The position numbers and the translations under genes were made by a program. The notes under the pieces are model-generated. The model was not told the DNA's origin, did not search any database, and worked only from the letters and a program-made list of their open reading frames with translations. A stretch of 59,167 nt of DNA, the filler included. It is 6 parts of 6 records of this genome, joined end to end, with 100 filler letters (N's around TTAATTAATTAA, not from the genome) between each part and the next. Parts side by side here need not be neighbours in the genome. Positions count along the whole stretch, not along the records: positions 18,094 to 23,969 come from DRR723986_14389; positions 24,070 to 33,383 come from DRR723986_14400; 4 more parts are not named here. One strand, given 5' to 3'. Below are positions 18,597 through 29,627 of the stretch, piece by piece; position 1 is the stretch's first letter, and each line of letters begins with the position of its first letter.

Positions 18597-19844
18597 TCAA
18601 CCCTCGTAGCGGCTGACGATCAGGGTCCCGTTGGTGCCGCCAAAGCCGAACGAATTCGACAGCGCGACCTTCACATCGGCATCTCTGGATTTGTGCGCCA
18701 CAAAGTCCAGATCACAACCTTCATCCGGATGATCAAGGTTGATGGTGGGCGGCAACACCCCGTCCCGGACTGCCAACACCGAGAATATAGCTTCAACGGC
18801 ACCCGCGGCGCCCAGCAGATGTCCGGTCATGGATTTGGTGCTGCTCATGGCCAGTTTTTCCGCATGGCTGCCAAACACCGATTTGACTGCAGCCACCTCA
18901 GCCACATCGCCAACCTGAGTAGAGGTTCCATGGGCATTGATGTATCCGACCAGATCCGGGCTGATGCCGGCATCGCGGATGGCATTTCGCATGGAGCGCG
19001 CCGCGCCCTCACCATCGGCCGGGGGGGCCGTGATGTGATGGGCGTCATCGCTCATGCCAAAGCCGATGACTTCGCCGTAAATGGTTGCTCCTCGCGCCCT
19101 GGCGTGTTCCAGCTCTTCCAGAACCACAACGCCGGCGCCATCACTGAGTACAAAGCCGTCACGGTCACGATCCCAGGGGCGACTGGCCTTTTCCGGCTCA
19201 TCATTGCGCGTCGACAGGGCACGGGCGGAGGAAAACGCCGCCACGCCGCTGCGTGTGGTCGCCATTTCAGAGCCGCCGGCCAGCATGACATCGGCATCGC
19301 CGTAGGCGATGGTTCTGGCGGCATAGCCGATATTGTGTGTTCCGGTGGTACAGGCGGTCACGATCGCAATATTCGGCCCCTTGTAGCCGAAACGGATCGC
19401 CGCATTTCCGGAAATCATATTGATGACGGATGCCGGCACAAAAAACGGCGAAACCTTGCGCGGGCCGGCCTTATCCATCTGAAGAACGTTCTTTTCGATG
19501 TATTCCAGGCCACCGATACCTGAACCTATGGCAATCCCTACCCGCTCCTTGTCGAGCTTGCTGTATTGCTCAAGGCCGCTGTCATCTACCGCCTGCTGCG
19601 CTGCAATCAGACCATAGTGAATAAAGGCATCCAGCTTTCGTGCTTCCTTGCTGGACAACCAGGGCTCGATATCAAGATCCTTGACGGCACCACCAATGCG
19701 AGTGGTGTACTCGGATGCGTCAAAGCGATCAATCAGTCCGATGCCACTGCGCCCGGCACGAATGGCTTCCCAGGAAGACGTCACATCATTCCCCACCGGA
19801 GAAAGCATACCCATTCCCGTGATGACAACCCGTCGCTTGCTCAT
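18597..19844 (-). CDS. fabF: 3-oxoacyl-ACP synthase II
   Basis: [42 protein letters not shown]. Confidence 0.97.
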   Translation of the reverse strand: MSKRRVVITGMGMLSPVGNDVTSSWEAIRAGRSGIGLIDRFDASEYTTRIGGAVKDLDIEPWLSSKEARKLDAFIHYGLIAAQQAVDDSGLEQYSKLDKERVGIAIGSGIGGLEYIEKNVLQMDKAGPRKVSPFFVPASVINMISGNAAIRFGYKGPNIAIVTACTTGTHNIGYAARTIAYGDADVMLAGGSEMATTRSGVAAFSSARALSTRNDEPEKASRPWDRDRDGFVLSDGAGVVVLEELEHARARGATIYGEVIGFGMSDDAHHITAPPADGEGAARSMRNAIRDAGISPDLVGYINAHGTSTQVGDVAEVAAVKSVFGSHAEKLAMSSTKSMTGHLLGAAGAVEAIFSVLAVRDGVLPPTINLDHPDEGCDLDFVAHKSRDADVKVALSNSFGFGGTNGTLIVSRYEG

Positions 19845-19905
19845 ATCCCCAATCACCCGATTGTTCCGTCTCTGATGGCTCACTGCTGGCCAATGTCCGA
19901 CCAAT

Positions 19906-19944
19906 AAAAAAGCCGTCCTTCAATAAGCCCAAAGGACGGCTTTT
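19906..19944 (-). terminator. Intrinsic terminator between acpP and fabF
   Basis: AAAAGCCGTCCTT...AAGGACGGCTTTT inverted repeat with T tail on the minus strand. Confidence 0.8.
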
Positions 19945-19969
19945 GCCTGGCTATCTGATTAGCAGGGTA

Positions 19970-20203
19970 TCAGGTGTGCGCGACAATGTAGTCGATCGCG
20001 TCCTGAACGGTGCCCAGCTTTTCGGCCTCTTCGTCAGGAATCTCTGTCTCGAATTCCTCTTCCAGGGCCATAACCAGCTCAACAGTGTCCAGTGAGTCAG
20101 CGCCAAGATCCTCTACAAAAGAAGATGTGTTCTGAACTTCGGACTCTTTCACGCCCAACTGCTCACAAACAATCTTCTTAACGCGCTCTTCAACTGTACT
20201 CAT
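19970..20203 (-). CDS. acpP: Acyl carrier protein
   Basis: [20 protein letters not shown]. Confidence 0.99.
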   Translation of the reverse strand: MSTVEERVKKIVCEQLGVKESEVQNTSSFVEDLGADSLDTVELVMALEEEFETEIPDEEAEKLGTVQDAIDYIVAHT

Positions 20204-20335
20204 AATGTCCTCACTTTATGTGTCAACCAAGCAACTCTATGGCTGCCAGTTTAGTTTAAACCCCACCTGCAAACAAGCAGGGATTCTGTCAAACATGTTG
20301 TGCGACAAGGGGTTGCACACCAGCCCGGAACGGAC

Positions 20336-21079
20336 TTAACCCATGTACATGCCGCCATTCACATGAATGGTTTCTCCGGTTACGTAAGCGGCGCCGTCCG
20401 ATGCCAGGAAAGCCACCACAGCGGCAACCTCCTCCGGCGACCCCAGGCGACCAGCCGGTATGATTTCCAGCATAGCCTCACGCTGCTTATCGTCCAGTTT
20501 TTTGGTCATGTCTGTGTCAATAAAACCAGGTGCCACGCAGTTCGCCGTGATACCGCGGTTAGACATTTCCTTGGCCAGGCTACGGGTAAAACCCTCAACA
20601 CCGGCCTTCGCCGCACAGTAATTGCCCTGCCCGGGATTTCCCATACCAGCAACCACTGAGCTGATATTGATGATTCTGCCCCAACGGGCTTTCGCCATAC
20701 CACGCAATACCGCCTTGCTGGTGCGATAGACGCTGGACAGGTTGGTTTCCAGAACCTCAGACCAGTCATCGTCTTTCAAGCGCATCAGAAGGTTATCACG
20801 GGTGATGCCGGCATTATTGACCAGAATCAGGGGCGCACCTGATTGCTCGGCAAGCTGCTTGAGGCCAGCCTCGATGCTCTCGGGCTCTGCCACATTCATA
20901 ACAATGCCATAGCCACTGAAACCCGCTTCTTTCAGGCCATCGGTAATGGCCTGGGCCCCCTCGGCACTGGTCGCGGTACCCACCACTTCGGCTCCCTGCC
21001 GGGCAAGTTCATGAGCAATGGCATTGCCAATGCCTCGACTGGCGCCGGTTACCAATGCAACTTTGCCTTCCAAAGACAT
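20336..21079 (-). CDS. fabG: 3-oxoacyl-ACP reductase
   Basis: TGASRGIG, NNAGITRDNL, NYCAAK, VNGGMYM. Confidence 0.97.
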   Translation of the reverse strand: MSLEGKVALVTGASRGIGNAIAHELARQGAEVVGTATSAEGAQAITDGLKEAGFSGYGIVMNVAEPESIEAGLKQLAEQSGAPLILVNNAGITRDNLLMRLKDDDWSEVLETNLSSVYRTSKAVLRGMAKARWGRIINISSVVAGMGNPGQGNYCAAKAGVEGFTRSLAKEMSNRGITANCVAPGFIDTDMTKKLDDKQREAMLEIIPAGRLGSPEEVAAVVAFLASDGAAYVTGETIHVNGGMYMG

Positions 21080-21095
21080 AATTCACTCCGTGTAA

Positions 21096-22034
21096 TCAGG
21101 ACTGACCAAAGGCCTTAAGGGCTTCAGCCAGAGAATCAGGACTCTCGATGCCGTGAACCGGCAGAGAACGATCGATACGTTTGATCAAACCGGCCAGTAC
21201 CTTGCCGGCGCCACACTCAACAGCCACACCCACCCCTTCGGTAGACAGCCGCTGTACCGAGTTTGTCCACAGCACCGGTGAGTATAGCTGCTTGAGCAGA
21301 TTAGCTTTCAGCACCTCTGCATCCCTTGCCGGCTCAGCATTGACATTCTGGACAACAGGAATGACAGCATCGTTAAACCGAATATCCTCAAGGGCTTCAG
21401 CCAACTGTTCCGCCGCCCCCTTCATGAGCGCACAGTGGGAGGGAACCGAAACCGGCAACGGCATGGCCTTGCGGGCACCTTTGGCTTTGCAGGCTTCAAT
21501 GGCCCTTTCAACGGCCGCTGCGCTACCGGCAATAACCACCTGGCCCGGCGCGTTAAAATTCACTGCGGCAACCACATCACCTTCAGCAGACTCCTCACAC
21601 GCCGACACCACATCCGAGTCCTCAAGACCCAGAATGGCCGCCATACGCCCCTGCCCTTCAGGCACGGCATCCTGCATCAGTTCACCGCGCAGCTGAACCA
21701 GCTTTACAGCTTCAATAAAATCCAGGCTTTCCGCCGCCACCAGGGCGCTGTATTCACCCAGACTGTGGCCAGCAACAAAATCCGGCCGGGGGCCGTCAGA
21801 TACACACCACTGCCGCCACAGCGCAACACTTGCGGTCAGCAGAGCAGGCTGAGTAACCATGGTTTTATTGAGCTCTTCGGCGGGGCCATGCTGACAAAGA
21901 TGCCACAGGTCATAGCCAAGAACGTTGGACGCCTCGTCAAACGTTTCGGTGATCATCGGCCACGCTTCAGCGGCAGCAGATAACATGCCGAGTGACTGGG
22001 AGCCTTGTCCGGGAAAAACAAACGCTGATTTCAT
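21096..22034 (-). CDS. fabD: Malonyl-CoA:ACP transacylase
   Basis: FPGQGSQ, GHSLGEY, VSVPSH. Confidence 0.97.
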   Translation of the reverse strand: MKSAFVFPGQGSQSLGMLSAAAEAWPMITETFDEASNVLGYDLWHLCQHGPAEELNKTMVTQPALLTASVALWRQWCVSDGPRPDFVAGHSLGEYSALVAAESLDFIEAVKLVQLRGELMQDAVPEGQGRMAAILGLEDSDVVSACEESAEGDVVAAVNFNAPGQVVIAGSAAAVERAIEACKAKGARKAMPLPVSVPSHCALMKGAAEQLAEALEDIRFNDAVIPVVQNVNAEPARDAEVLKANLLKQLYSPVLWTNSVQRLSTEGVGVAVECGAGKVLAGLIKRIDRSLPVHGIESPDSLAEALKAFGQS

Positions 22035-22161
22035 AAGCGGAATCTTATCGTCATTGAAGGGTTACTGAAGATTAGCCAATAGTACAATCAGGGCCAATTA
22101 TCCGCGAATAAGAGCCGGGATGCGGGACGACTTTAGTCGCGCTCCCGGTAACGAGGAGGGA

Positions 22162-23184
22162 TCATAACATCAGATCATCGAGTCTTTCGTTGATCCTTCG
22201 TGGCACTTCCAGCTGAACCTCACGAACGGCCTGCCGGATCGCCGCCAGCATCGCCCGCTCATTGGCGTTGCCGTGACTCTTGATGACCACACCCTGCAAC
22301 CCGAGCAGACTGGCGCCATTGTGCCTGGAAGGGTCCATCAATTGCAGAAGTCGCCCGATAATCGGCCTGGCCAGCAAGCCCACAAAACGACCGTACATGG
22401 AGCGTGTGAATGCCTGCTCCAGCAATTCGATCAACAGGCCGGCAACCCCCTCTCCGGTCTTGAGGGCTATATTGCCCACGAAACCGTCACACACTACAAC
22501 ATCGGCGACATCGCGAAAAAGGTCACTTCCCTCGACATAACCGATGTAGTTGATGGTGTCGCACTGGGCCAGCATGTGTGATGCGAGCCGGACCTGTTCA
22601 TTACCCTTGATTTCTTCCTCACCGACATTCAGCAGTGCCACCCGTGGCTCGGACTGGCGGCAGATAGCGGATGCCATCAGGGACCCCATCAGGGCGTACT
22701 GGTAGAGATTCTCCGCTGTGGAATCGACGTTGGCACCAAGATCCAGGACATGGCAACGGCCACGCAGAGAGGGGATCAGCTTTGCGATGGCAGGACGTTC
22801 AATCCCGGGATACATCCGAATGATCGAGCGACCGAATGCCATCAGCGCACCGGTATTTCCGGCACTGACACAGCCCTGCGCTTCTCCGTCCCGCACGAGA
22901 CTGAGCGCAATGGCCATAGAGGAGTTTTTCTTGTGGCGGAGGGCATGGGAAGGCCGCTCGTTCATACGAACGACGTCGGCAGCCTCAACAATGCGAATAC
23001 GGGCATGCCCCTCATGCAACAAAGCCTCGAGCTCGCTCCGGATTCCCACCAGAACAAGACTCAAGGCTTCGTTTTCACGCACTGCTTCCAGCGCAGCATG
23101 GACGACAACCGCGGCACCGCGATCACCGCTCATAGCATCAATGGCAATGGTGACCGGCGTGTTCACCACTCGTCCATGCGGCAC
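22162..23184 (-). CDS. plsX: Phosphate acyltransferase
   Basis: IAIDAMSGD, SAGNTGAL, DLGAN, DGFVGNIALK, KSHG. Confidence 0.96.
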   Translation of the reverse strand: MPHGRVVNTPVTIAIDAMSGDRGAAVVVHAALEAVRENEALSLVLVGIRSELEALLHEGHARIRIVEAADVVRMNERPSHALRHKKNSSMAIALSLVRDGEAQGCVSAGNTGALMAFGRSIIRMYPGIERPAIAKLIPSLRGRCHVLDLGANVDSTAENLYQYALMGSLMASAICRQSEPRVALLNVGEEEIKGNEQVRLASHMLAQCDTINYIGYVEGSDLFRDVADVVVCDGFVGNIALKTGEGVAGLLIELLEQAFTRSMYGRFVGLLARPIIGRLLQLMDPSRHNGASLLGLQGVVIKSHGNANERAMLAAIRQAVREVQLEVPRRINERLDDLML

Positions 23185-23208
23185 AGGTCAGAAGAAATTC
23201 CCGACGAA

Positions 23209-23388
23209 TTACTCGTCGCGAGCCTCAACTACCTGCTTGCCACGGTAGAAACCGTCTGGAGATACGTGATGGCGACGATGAACTTCACCAGTTGTTGCGT
23301 CGGTAGACAGAGCAGCAGCACTCAGTGCGTCGTGTGAACGGCGCATGCCACGCTTTGAACGAGTTTTGCGATTTTGCTGTACAGCCAT
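23209..23388 (-). CDS. rpmF: 50S ribosomal protein L32 (not in the ORF track)
   Basis: Hand translation: [59 protein letters not shown]. Confidence 0.97.
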   Translation of the reverse strand: MAVQQNRKTRSKRGMRRSHDALSAAALSTDATTGEVHRRHHVSPDGFYRGKQVVEARDE

Positions 23389-23418
23389 GGTTATGCTCCT
23401 GACCTATTTTCGAATACG

Positions 23419-23969
23419 TTAATGCTTTGTCGTCTTAAGTCCCGCCAGAACACTGAACGGGTTCTCTTTTCTTTGCTCTGTCTCGGGCTCTTCGGTAGCC
23501 TCGGGCACTTCGAGCGCTTCAAGATCTTCTTTTGCCGGACACTCTTCCCGCTCGTGGAGCGGAAATGGCGGCAGCACCAGAAGCAACTCGTCTTCCACCA
23601 TTGCCCAGAGATCGGCGTTGAAATCTTCTACCAGAAATGGCTCCAACGCTTTCGGCAACCGCTGCGCCTGCTCATCACTGATGACCAGACCGAGATCAAA
23701 ACGGGATTCCAGAGTCACCTGCATGTCACCCATGCAGCGCTGGCATTCCAGAATGACCGGCGCAGACAACTCACCCGACACTATCCGGCGACGCTCCCCA
23801 TCCCGATAGAAAGACAGCTTTACGCTGCACTCACCATCTTCTGGCAGTCCCGGCACAGCTTCACGAAAACGAGAAAGCCCCCTGAAAGGAATCACCCCTT
23901 CAAGCGTTGTGTTCTGCTCTGCCAACTTGTTTGGGTCGACAGATCTGGGCAGTTCGACGATCGGCGCTT
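23419..23969 (-). CDS. yceD: YceD/DUF177 family protein, 5' truncated
   Basis: LECQRCM, VEDELLLVLP, ENPFSVLAGLK; upstream of rpmF. Confidence 0.92.
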
Positions 23970-24069
23970 NNNNNNNNNNNNNNNNNNNNNNNNNNNNNNN
24001 NNNNNNNNNNNNNTTAATTAATTAANNNNNNNNNNNNNNNNNNNNNNNNNNNNNNNNNNNNNNNNNNNN
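23970..24069. other. Artificial contig linker
   Basis: N-run + TTAATTAATTAA. Confidence 0.99.
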
Positions 24070-24907
24070 CCCGCCACTCAAGAAAACCAAAGGACTCAGC
24101 GCCTTCCCCCATCTCCCGGTGGGGCGGCCGCATCAACATTCGCGGTACTGCCAAGCCGAGAAAACGGGCATCTTCAACTTCCCGGACCGCCCGCCAGGAT
24201 GTCAGTTCAGCCTGGGAAAAGTGGCTTTCCAGTTCCCGAACACCGGTCAGTTCCGAATAGTGATCAACACCAAAGAAACTAGGGGCCGCATTCAGAATGA
24301 GGGGGGCAAAAGCCGCTGCCGCAACCTGCGAAAGCTCCTTCAGGGTATCCAGATTCGCGGCACCACCCCGTGTACGGTGGCTGATGGAATAGGTGCCAAG
24401 CAGTAACCCAAAGGGCTCGCCCCCGGGCGTACCGAATTCATCCGAGTAGACTTTCGCAAAAAGCCGGGACTGGTCGAATTCGATGGCTCGAGCCATATCC
24501 GCCGACAAAAGCTCCCAAGAAGCATCAAGCACTTTGATGCGCACCTGTTCCTGATGGTCGTCCTGAGCTGCCTGATCCACCAGTAAAGCAACCCCGCGCC
24601 AGTTGGCCTCCAGGTCTTTCAGTTCCTGATGGTGCAGGATGGCGTTGAGCTGGGCGTTAAGCAGCCTGTCAATGCGCAGAATGTTATCGGACAGTACCGC
24701 CCGGATCTGGTTCCGCGTCCACTTCGAACGGCCCGGATACTGGCTCAGAAACAGCATCAAAGCCTGGAGCTCATCAACCTCGGCAATCAGCCGCTCAGCC
24801 AGCCCCCTGTGCAAGGCGCGCACAGGAGACTGACCAGCGTTCTGATGCCGGCGACGGATGTAGTCCTGATCGACAAAAGCCAATGCGGAACTCATACCTG
24901 CATCCAT
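24070..24907 (-). CDS. tssC: Second T6SS sheath large subunit paralog, partial
   Basis: QLNAILHH...LEANWRG...[25 protein letters not shown]. Confidence 0.88.
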
Positions 24908-24935
24908 GCTCTACAAGGCGCCCGACAAGCGCTGA

Positions 24936-26432
24936 TTAGTTGCCAACTTCAGGAATCTTGGCAACAAGACGCAGAGAGGTTGTCAGCTCTTCCATCTGCA
25001 ACCAGGGGCGCATCCATGCAATGGCATTGTAGGAACCGGGACTGCCCGGCACTTCACGCACCTGCACTTTCGCATCCGCCAATGGGAACTTGGCCCGGAT
25101 TTCCTGACCACCGCCTTCAGCGGCGTTCACATAGCTCAGAATCCAGCGGTTTAGCCAGCTTTCCACATCTTCAGCTTCCATGAACGAGCCGATCTTGTCG
25201 CGGGCCATAACCTTCAGATAGTGAGCAAATCTCGAGGTTGCCATCAGATAAGGCAGACGGGCCGAAATCGCGGCGTTTGCCGTGGCGTCCGGGTTGTCAT
25301 AGATCGCCGGTTTCTGGCACGTCTGGGCACCGAAGAATACCGCGTAGTCGGTATTTTTGTAGTGACACAGCGGCAAAAAGCCCAGCTTGCTCAGTTCCGC
25401 CTCTCGACGGTCGGTAATACCAATCTCGGTCGGACACTTGAGGTCAGGGTCACCATCGTCACTGCGGAAGATATGGGCAGGGAGACCCTCAACCTTACCA
25501 CCACCCTCGGCACCACGAATGGCGGTGCAGAAACCGTATTTGGAGAAGGCGTTGGTCAAACGGCTACCAAGCACATAAGAAGCGTTCATCCAGCAATAAT
25601 CGTCATGCTTTGGCTTCACCGCCATACCGGTTTCTGAATCCACTTCAAACTCTTCAAAACGGAACTCTTCCACTGGCTTGGTTGCCATCCCATACGGCAA
25701 GCGGGCAAGTACCCTGGGCATTGTGAGTGTTACGAATCGGGAATCTTCGCTTTCACGGAACGAGCGCCATTTGGTGTACTCAATGGATTCGAAGATTTTC
25801 TCCAGGTCACGGGGTTTTGACAGCTCAGTCCATTCATCAAAGCCGAACATGCCGGAAGCACCTGCCGAAATAAACGGGCAGAAACCAGCGGCTGCCACGT
25901 TGGACATCAGACTGAGCGTCTCAACATCGTTCGGGTGACTGCTGAACTCATAGTCGCCAATCAGAGCTCCGTAGGGCTCTCCACCCGGAGTGCCAAATTC
26001 GGATTCATAGACCTTTTTAAAAATCTGGCTCTGATCAAATTCGACCGCTTTCGACAAGTCTTTGTGAAGCTCGGTCTTGCTGAGATTCAGCATCCGGATC
26101 TTCAGCGTCGCACTGGTTTCCGAGTTCATGATCAGGTGGTGCATACCTCGCCAGGAGCCTTCCAGTTTCTGGAACTCCTCCTGGTGCATAATCTCCGATA
26201 GCTGGCCGGAAATCATCTGGTCCAGACGCGCAATGGCCTCGCTGAAGGTGATAGACAGGTTCTTGTTCCAGGTGACCGTCCCTTTCATGGCCTCCTCAGC
26301 CAGAGTGCGGATCAGTTCTTCAGCGCGACTGCTTTCGGTTTGCTTCGTCGCACCAATTGCCTGATCAAGCAGACTGAAGGAGCCAGATTCCTGTTCAAGT
26401 ACTGCGTCTTCCGTTTGCGTTTCAAGGCTCAT
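24936..26432 (-). CDS. tssC: T6SS contractile sheath large subunit
   Basis: [56 protein letters not shown]. Confidence 0.97.
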   Translation of the reverse strand: MSLETQTEDAVLEQESGSFSLLDQAIGATKQTESSRAEELIRTLAEEAMKGTVTWNKNLSITFSEAIARLDQMISGQLSEIMHQEEFQKLEGSWRGMHHLIMNSETSATLKIRMLNLSKTELHKDLSKAVEFDQSQIFKKVYESEFGTPGGEPYGALIGDYEFSSHPNDVETLSLMSNVAAAGFCPFISAGASGMFGFDEWTELSKPRDLEKIFESIEYTKWRSFRESEDSRFVTLTMPRVLARLPYGMATKPVEEFRFEEFEVDSETGMAVKPKHDDYCWMNASYVLGSRLTNAFSKYGFCTAIRGAEGGGKVEGLPAHIFRSDDGDPDLKCPTEIGITDRREAELSKLGFLPLCHYKNTDYAVFFGAQTCQKPAIYDNPDATANAAISARLPYLMATSRFAHYLKVMARDKIGSFMEAEDVESWLNRWILSYVNAAEGGGQEIRAKFPLADAKVQVREVPGSPGSYNAIAWMRPWLQMEELTTSLRLVAKIPEVGN

Positions 26433-26938
26433 TCCTTGTCCTCCTCTGCACTGGTCAGTTCTTTATTCAATGCCTGAAGATCGTCCGAATTATTCAGCAC
26501 TCGCTCCAGCAATTCCTCAAGCTCTTCCGAACGATCAACCTTAGTCAGCAAATCCCGAAGTTTATTACGGGTTTCCATCAGGTTTCGAAGTGGCTCCACC
26601 TGGTTAACAATGGCTGCAGGCTCAAAATCATCCATCGAATTGAAGGCCAGCTCTACCGACATCTGCGAACCATCGTTGGCAAGCTTATTATCTACTTTCA
26701 GCCGCAGACTGGGGCTCATCCGACGCATCACGTCACCAAAGTTATCCCGGTCGATCTGAATAAACCGACGATCCTTCAGGGGCTTGAGATCGGTATTATT
26801 GTTGCCGGTAAAATCCCCCATCACCCCGACCACAAATGGCAACTCCTTCTTAACCAGAGCTCCCTCTGTTTCCACATCGTAAGTTATATGCACCCGGGGC
26901 TTGCGAACCCGGGACAGTTTGTTGTGGATGCTTTCCAT
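26429..26938 (-). CDS. tssB: T6SS contractile sheath small subunit
   Basis: [27 protein letters not shown]. Confidence 0.97.
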   Translation of the reverse strand: MESIHNKLSRVRKPRVHITYDVETEGALVKKELPFVVGVMGDFTGNNNTDLKPLKDRRFIQIDRDNFGDVMRRMSPSLRLKVDNKLANDGSQMSVELAFNSMDDFEPAAIVNQVEPLRNLMETRNKLRDLLTKVDRSEELEELLERVLNNSDDLQALNKELTSAEEDKE

Positions 26939-26980
26939 ATTACTGTCTCCTTTTGAGCGTCACTGTTGATTTGCCAGTGG

Positions 26981-28132
26981 TCATTCCTGCTGCTCGGGGG
27001 CAGGCACACCGGTTAGTTTGAAGAACCCATCCCGGGCTCCCTGGTCAGATATCAACTCATCCATAAGCTCCGGCAATGACAGCTCACTCCATCGAACTGC
27101 CCGTAAAATCGCATAGGAAACCGGTGAATGGGGCTCTGTACTGTGGAAGAACTCCGATAGTTTCCTTAGTTGCACCAACGCGTCCTTTCGGCTCTCGATG
27201 GCCACTTTTACCGGGTCAACCCGCCGCCCTTCCGCGGCCAAGGCTACTTCGCTGGCCGCTTCCAAAGCACCTGTTTCGTCCACCTCTTCCGATTCTTGCG
27301 CCAGGGCATGGGCAGCAAGATAATCATCAATTCGCTGGCCGGCATGGTGATTCAACGCAAGCTGGCAACGATCGAGAGCCTTTCGTATGTTGGAGGTGGG
27401 CTGCAGGTCACCCTCCATGGCCTGATCCATCGTGTCCGACAGCGCAGCAAACGCAGATTTACACCGTTCAATCGACAAACGCATAGTGACCAAGTGCTCT
27501 GTGGGCGCTTCCCGAACAGCTTTTTCAAGAACTTCAAGAGACATCGCTCCGCTGCGGATACGCGCTTCGGCCCTCGCAGAATCCAGCCGTGCGACGTCCG
27601 CAGCCTGCTCCGCGTGCCAGGTTGCATACGAGGTAGAGCCGTCACCGTCGAAGAAGAGAGGCACCGAAATAATCGGTTTGATCAGCGTGCCTTCACCATC
27701 CAACCCGTTCAGTCCAACCAGTGGCGCAATTCGGGTTTCCTGGCCTTCCTCATCCGGCAGTGGATAGATCTGTGTCCAGAAGTTTTCAATCAGCTCCCGG
27801 GCCAGATTAAAGCCGTCAGTCAGACCGTCGAACCCCCGCTCACGGCACAGGGCTTCAATTAGCCAGGCCACGAACTCCAGATCTTTGGAGCGGGTTTCCA
27901 GCACGTCCGGAATTTCTTCCATGAGTTGACGCCATTGGGGGATCTGCGGAGGCTCATCATCAGCTAATACCTGGCGCTCCTGCGCCCGAGCCTGGTTTCT
28001 GAGATCTTTGAGAGTAAAGTACGGCGACGCAGGCGATGCATCCTCCCGGGTATCATCTCCACAAGGAGAGGATTCCGAAATGTCCGCAAGCAACCGATCC
28101 ATGGGCAACTGGCTGATGTACTCTTCACTCAT
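26981..28132 (-). CDS. tssA: T6SS ImpA/TssA
   Basis: SKDLEFVAWLIEAL (ImpA_N) and C-terminal EPHSPVSY; SD-preceded ATG at 28132. Confidence 0.92.
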   Translation of the reverse strand: MSEEYISQLPMDRLLADISESSPCGDDTREDASPASPYFTLKDLRNQARAQERQVLADDEPPQIPQWRQLMEEIPDVLETRSKDLEFVAWLIEALCRERGFDGLTDGFNLARELIENFWTQIYPLPDEEGQETRIAPLVGLNGLDGEGTLIKPIISVPLFFDGDGSTSYATWHAEQAADVARLDSARAEARIRSGAMSLEVLEKAVREAPTEHLVTMRLSIERCKSAFAALSDTMDQAMEGDLQPTSNIRKALDRCQLALNHHAGQRIDDYLAAHALAQESEEVDETGALEAASEVALAAEGRRVDPVKVAIESRKDALVQLRKLSEFFHSTEPHSPVSYAILRAVRWSELSLPELMDELISDQGARDGFFKLTGVPAPEQQE

Positions 28133-28152
28133 AACGTCTCCGATTGCTTCCA

Positions 28153-28932
28153 TCACTGAATCCACTGCCAAACCGGAAGTGTTGAATCACTGCGATCAAG
28201 GGTTTCCCCGGCTGCCAGATGATCGATCTGAACAATGACCGAGGTAATATTGTCTTGGCAGCCCTTAACCAACGCCTCATGCCGCAGTGCCCTGCTGATA
28301 TCCTCGATTGGCTCATTCGACAGCAGCGCTTCCAGCTCGCGAAGGGCGAATTCCCTACTGATACCGTCACTGCAAAGTAAAAAGCGGTCACCGGGCATAA
28401 CGTCCCCTTCCACCTGATCAATTCGAGGCTCAGCTTCAACCCCTAGCGCACGGGTAATCACGTTTGACAACGGGTGCGTTTCAGCCTCTTCCTCCGATAA
28501 CAGGCCCTTTTCAACCAGCTCCGCCACCTGACTGTGATCCCTGGACAGACACCGCAACCGGCCGTTTCGCAAAAGGTAGGCACGACTGTCACCAATCCAG
28601 TGCACACAATACCGGCCATCGATAATATTCAGCGCCACCATGGTCGAACCCAACGTGCTACCGGGCAATGTCTCTTCCCCGTATTGTCGAATGCGGCGGT
28701 TTGCCAGTTCGAAAGCCGCCTGAAGTTGGAGGTTATCCAGACTCCCTCCGCAGCGGTGCCACTCCGAACTGACGGTATCGCAGATCAGACCACTGGCAAT
28801 TTCCCCAGCCTGGTGCCCACCCATGCCATCGGCAACAATCCACAGCGCATCCTCCGGAAAGGCCAGAAAAGCGTCTTCGTTGTGATCACGAACGGTTCCG
28901 ATGTCCGTGAACTCGGCAGATGAACAGCGCAT
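28153..28932 (-). CDS. pppA: T6SS-associated PP2C Ser/Thr phosphatase
   Basis: RDHNEDAF, VADGMGGH, GDSRAY, LLCSDG, DNIT. Confidence 0.88.
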   Translation of the reverse strand: MRCSSAEFTDIGTVRDHNEDAFLAFPEDALWIVADGMGGHQAGEIASGLICDTVSSEWHRCGGSLDNLQLQAAFELANRRIRQYGEETLPGSTLGSTMVALNIIDGRYCVHWIGDSRAYLLRNGRLRCLSRDHSQVAELVEKGLLSEEEAETHPLSNVITRALGVEAEPRIDQVEGDVMPGDRFLLCSDGISREFALRELEALLSNEPIEDISRALRHEALVKGCQDNITSVIVQIDHLAAGETLDRSDSTLPVWQWIQ

Positions 28933-28933
28933 A

Positions 28934-29611
28934 TCAGGCTTGCTCTCCGACAACGGCCGCCTCAAGCCAGCCATGATTGCGCCACTGACCAACCATCATG
29001 GAAACAAACTGTCCAATCTTTGGAAGCCCCTCGGTTAACAGAGTGACCGGCTCCACAAACGCAGAGCCCTGGGTCCACCAGATAACCGTGCGATTGTCCT
29101 TGCGAAGCATGGCCTCCAGCCAGTCGGCTTCGCTGCTGGCTGTAGATAGGACGAGATTGCCCTCGGACCTCGGCCAATGCATACGTGCACTGGTGGGCTC
29201 GGGCGCCTGCAGTGCGGTCAATTGCTGACGCCAGCTTTCTTCGCGCCAATCGTCTTCAAGCACCGCCAGAATGTAGTCCTCCATGGAAGAAGCCCATTGG
29301 GGGCTGCGCCAACCATCCAGTGCTTGCCCTCCAAACTCCCTGACTACCAGAAACGGAAAATGGCGACCTACCCGATCAACAGACGGAATCAGCGTGCCCA
29401 CCAGTCCGGCATCAAAAATGCCGCCAGGCGAGGCAGAAAAATGCCAGATCGGAGACGTCAGGTAAGCATCCATCCAGCCGTCCGCAAGCTGATCCCGACT
29501 GACCGCCAGAGCCCCCTGAAACCACTCGAAAAACAGATCGCGCACTTCCGGCCGGATATCCGCGGCCACAAAATCTCCTCTGGCGGGCACCTTGCCCATA
29601 TAACCCCACAT
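28934..29611 (-). CDS. tagF: T6SS-associated protein TagF
   Basis: GKVPARGDFV and PSVDRVGRHFP. Confidence 0.92.
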   Translation of the reverse strand: MWGYMGKVPARGDFVAADIRPEVRDLFFEWFQGALAVSRDQLADGWMDAYLTSPIWHFSASPGGIFDAGLVGTLIPSVDRVGRHFPFLVVREFGGQALDGWRSPQWASSMEDYILAVLEDDWREESWRQQLTALQAPEPTSARMHWPRSEGNLVLSTASSEADWLEAMLRKDNRTVIWWTQGSAFVEPVTLLTEGLPKIGQFVSMMVGQWRNHGWLEAAVVGEQA

Positions 29612-29627
29612 GACCTTATCTCCCGAT

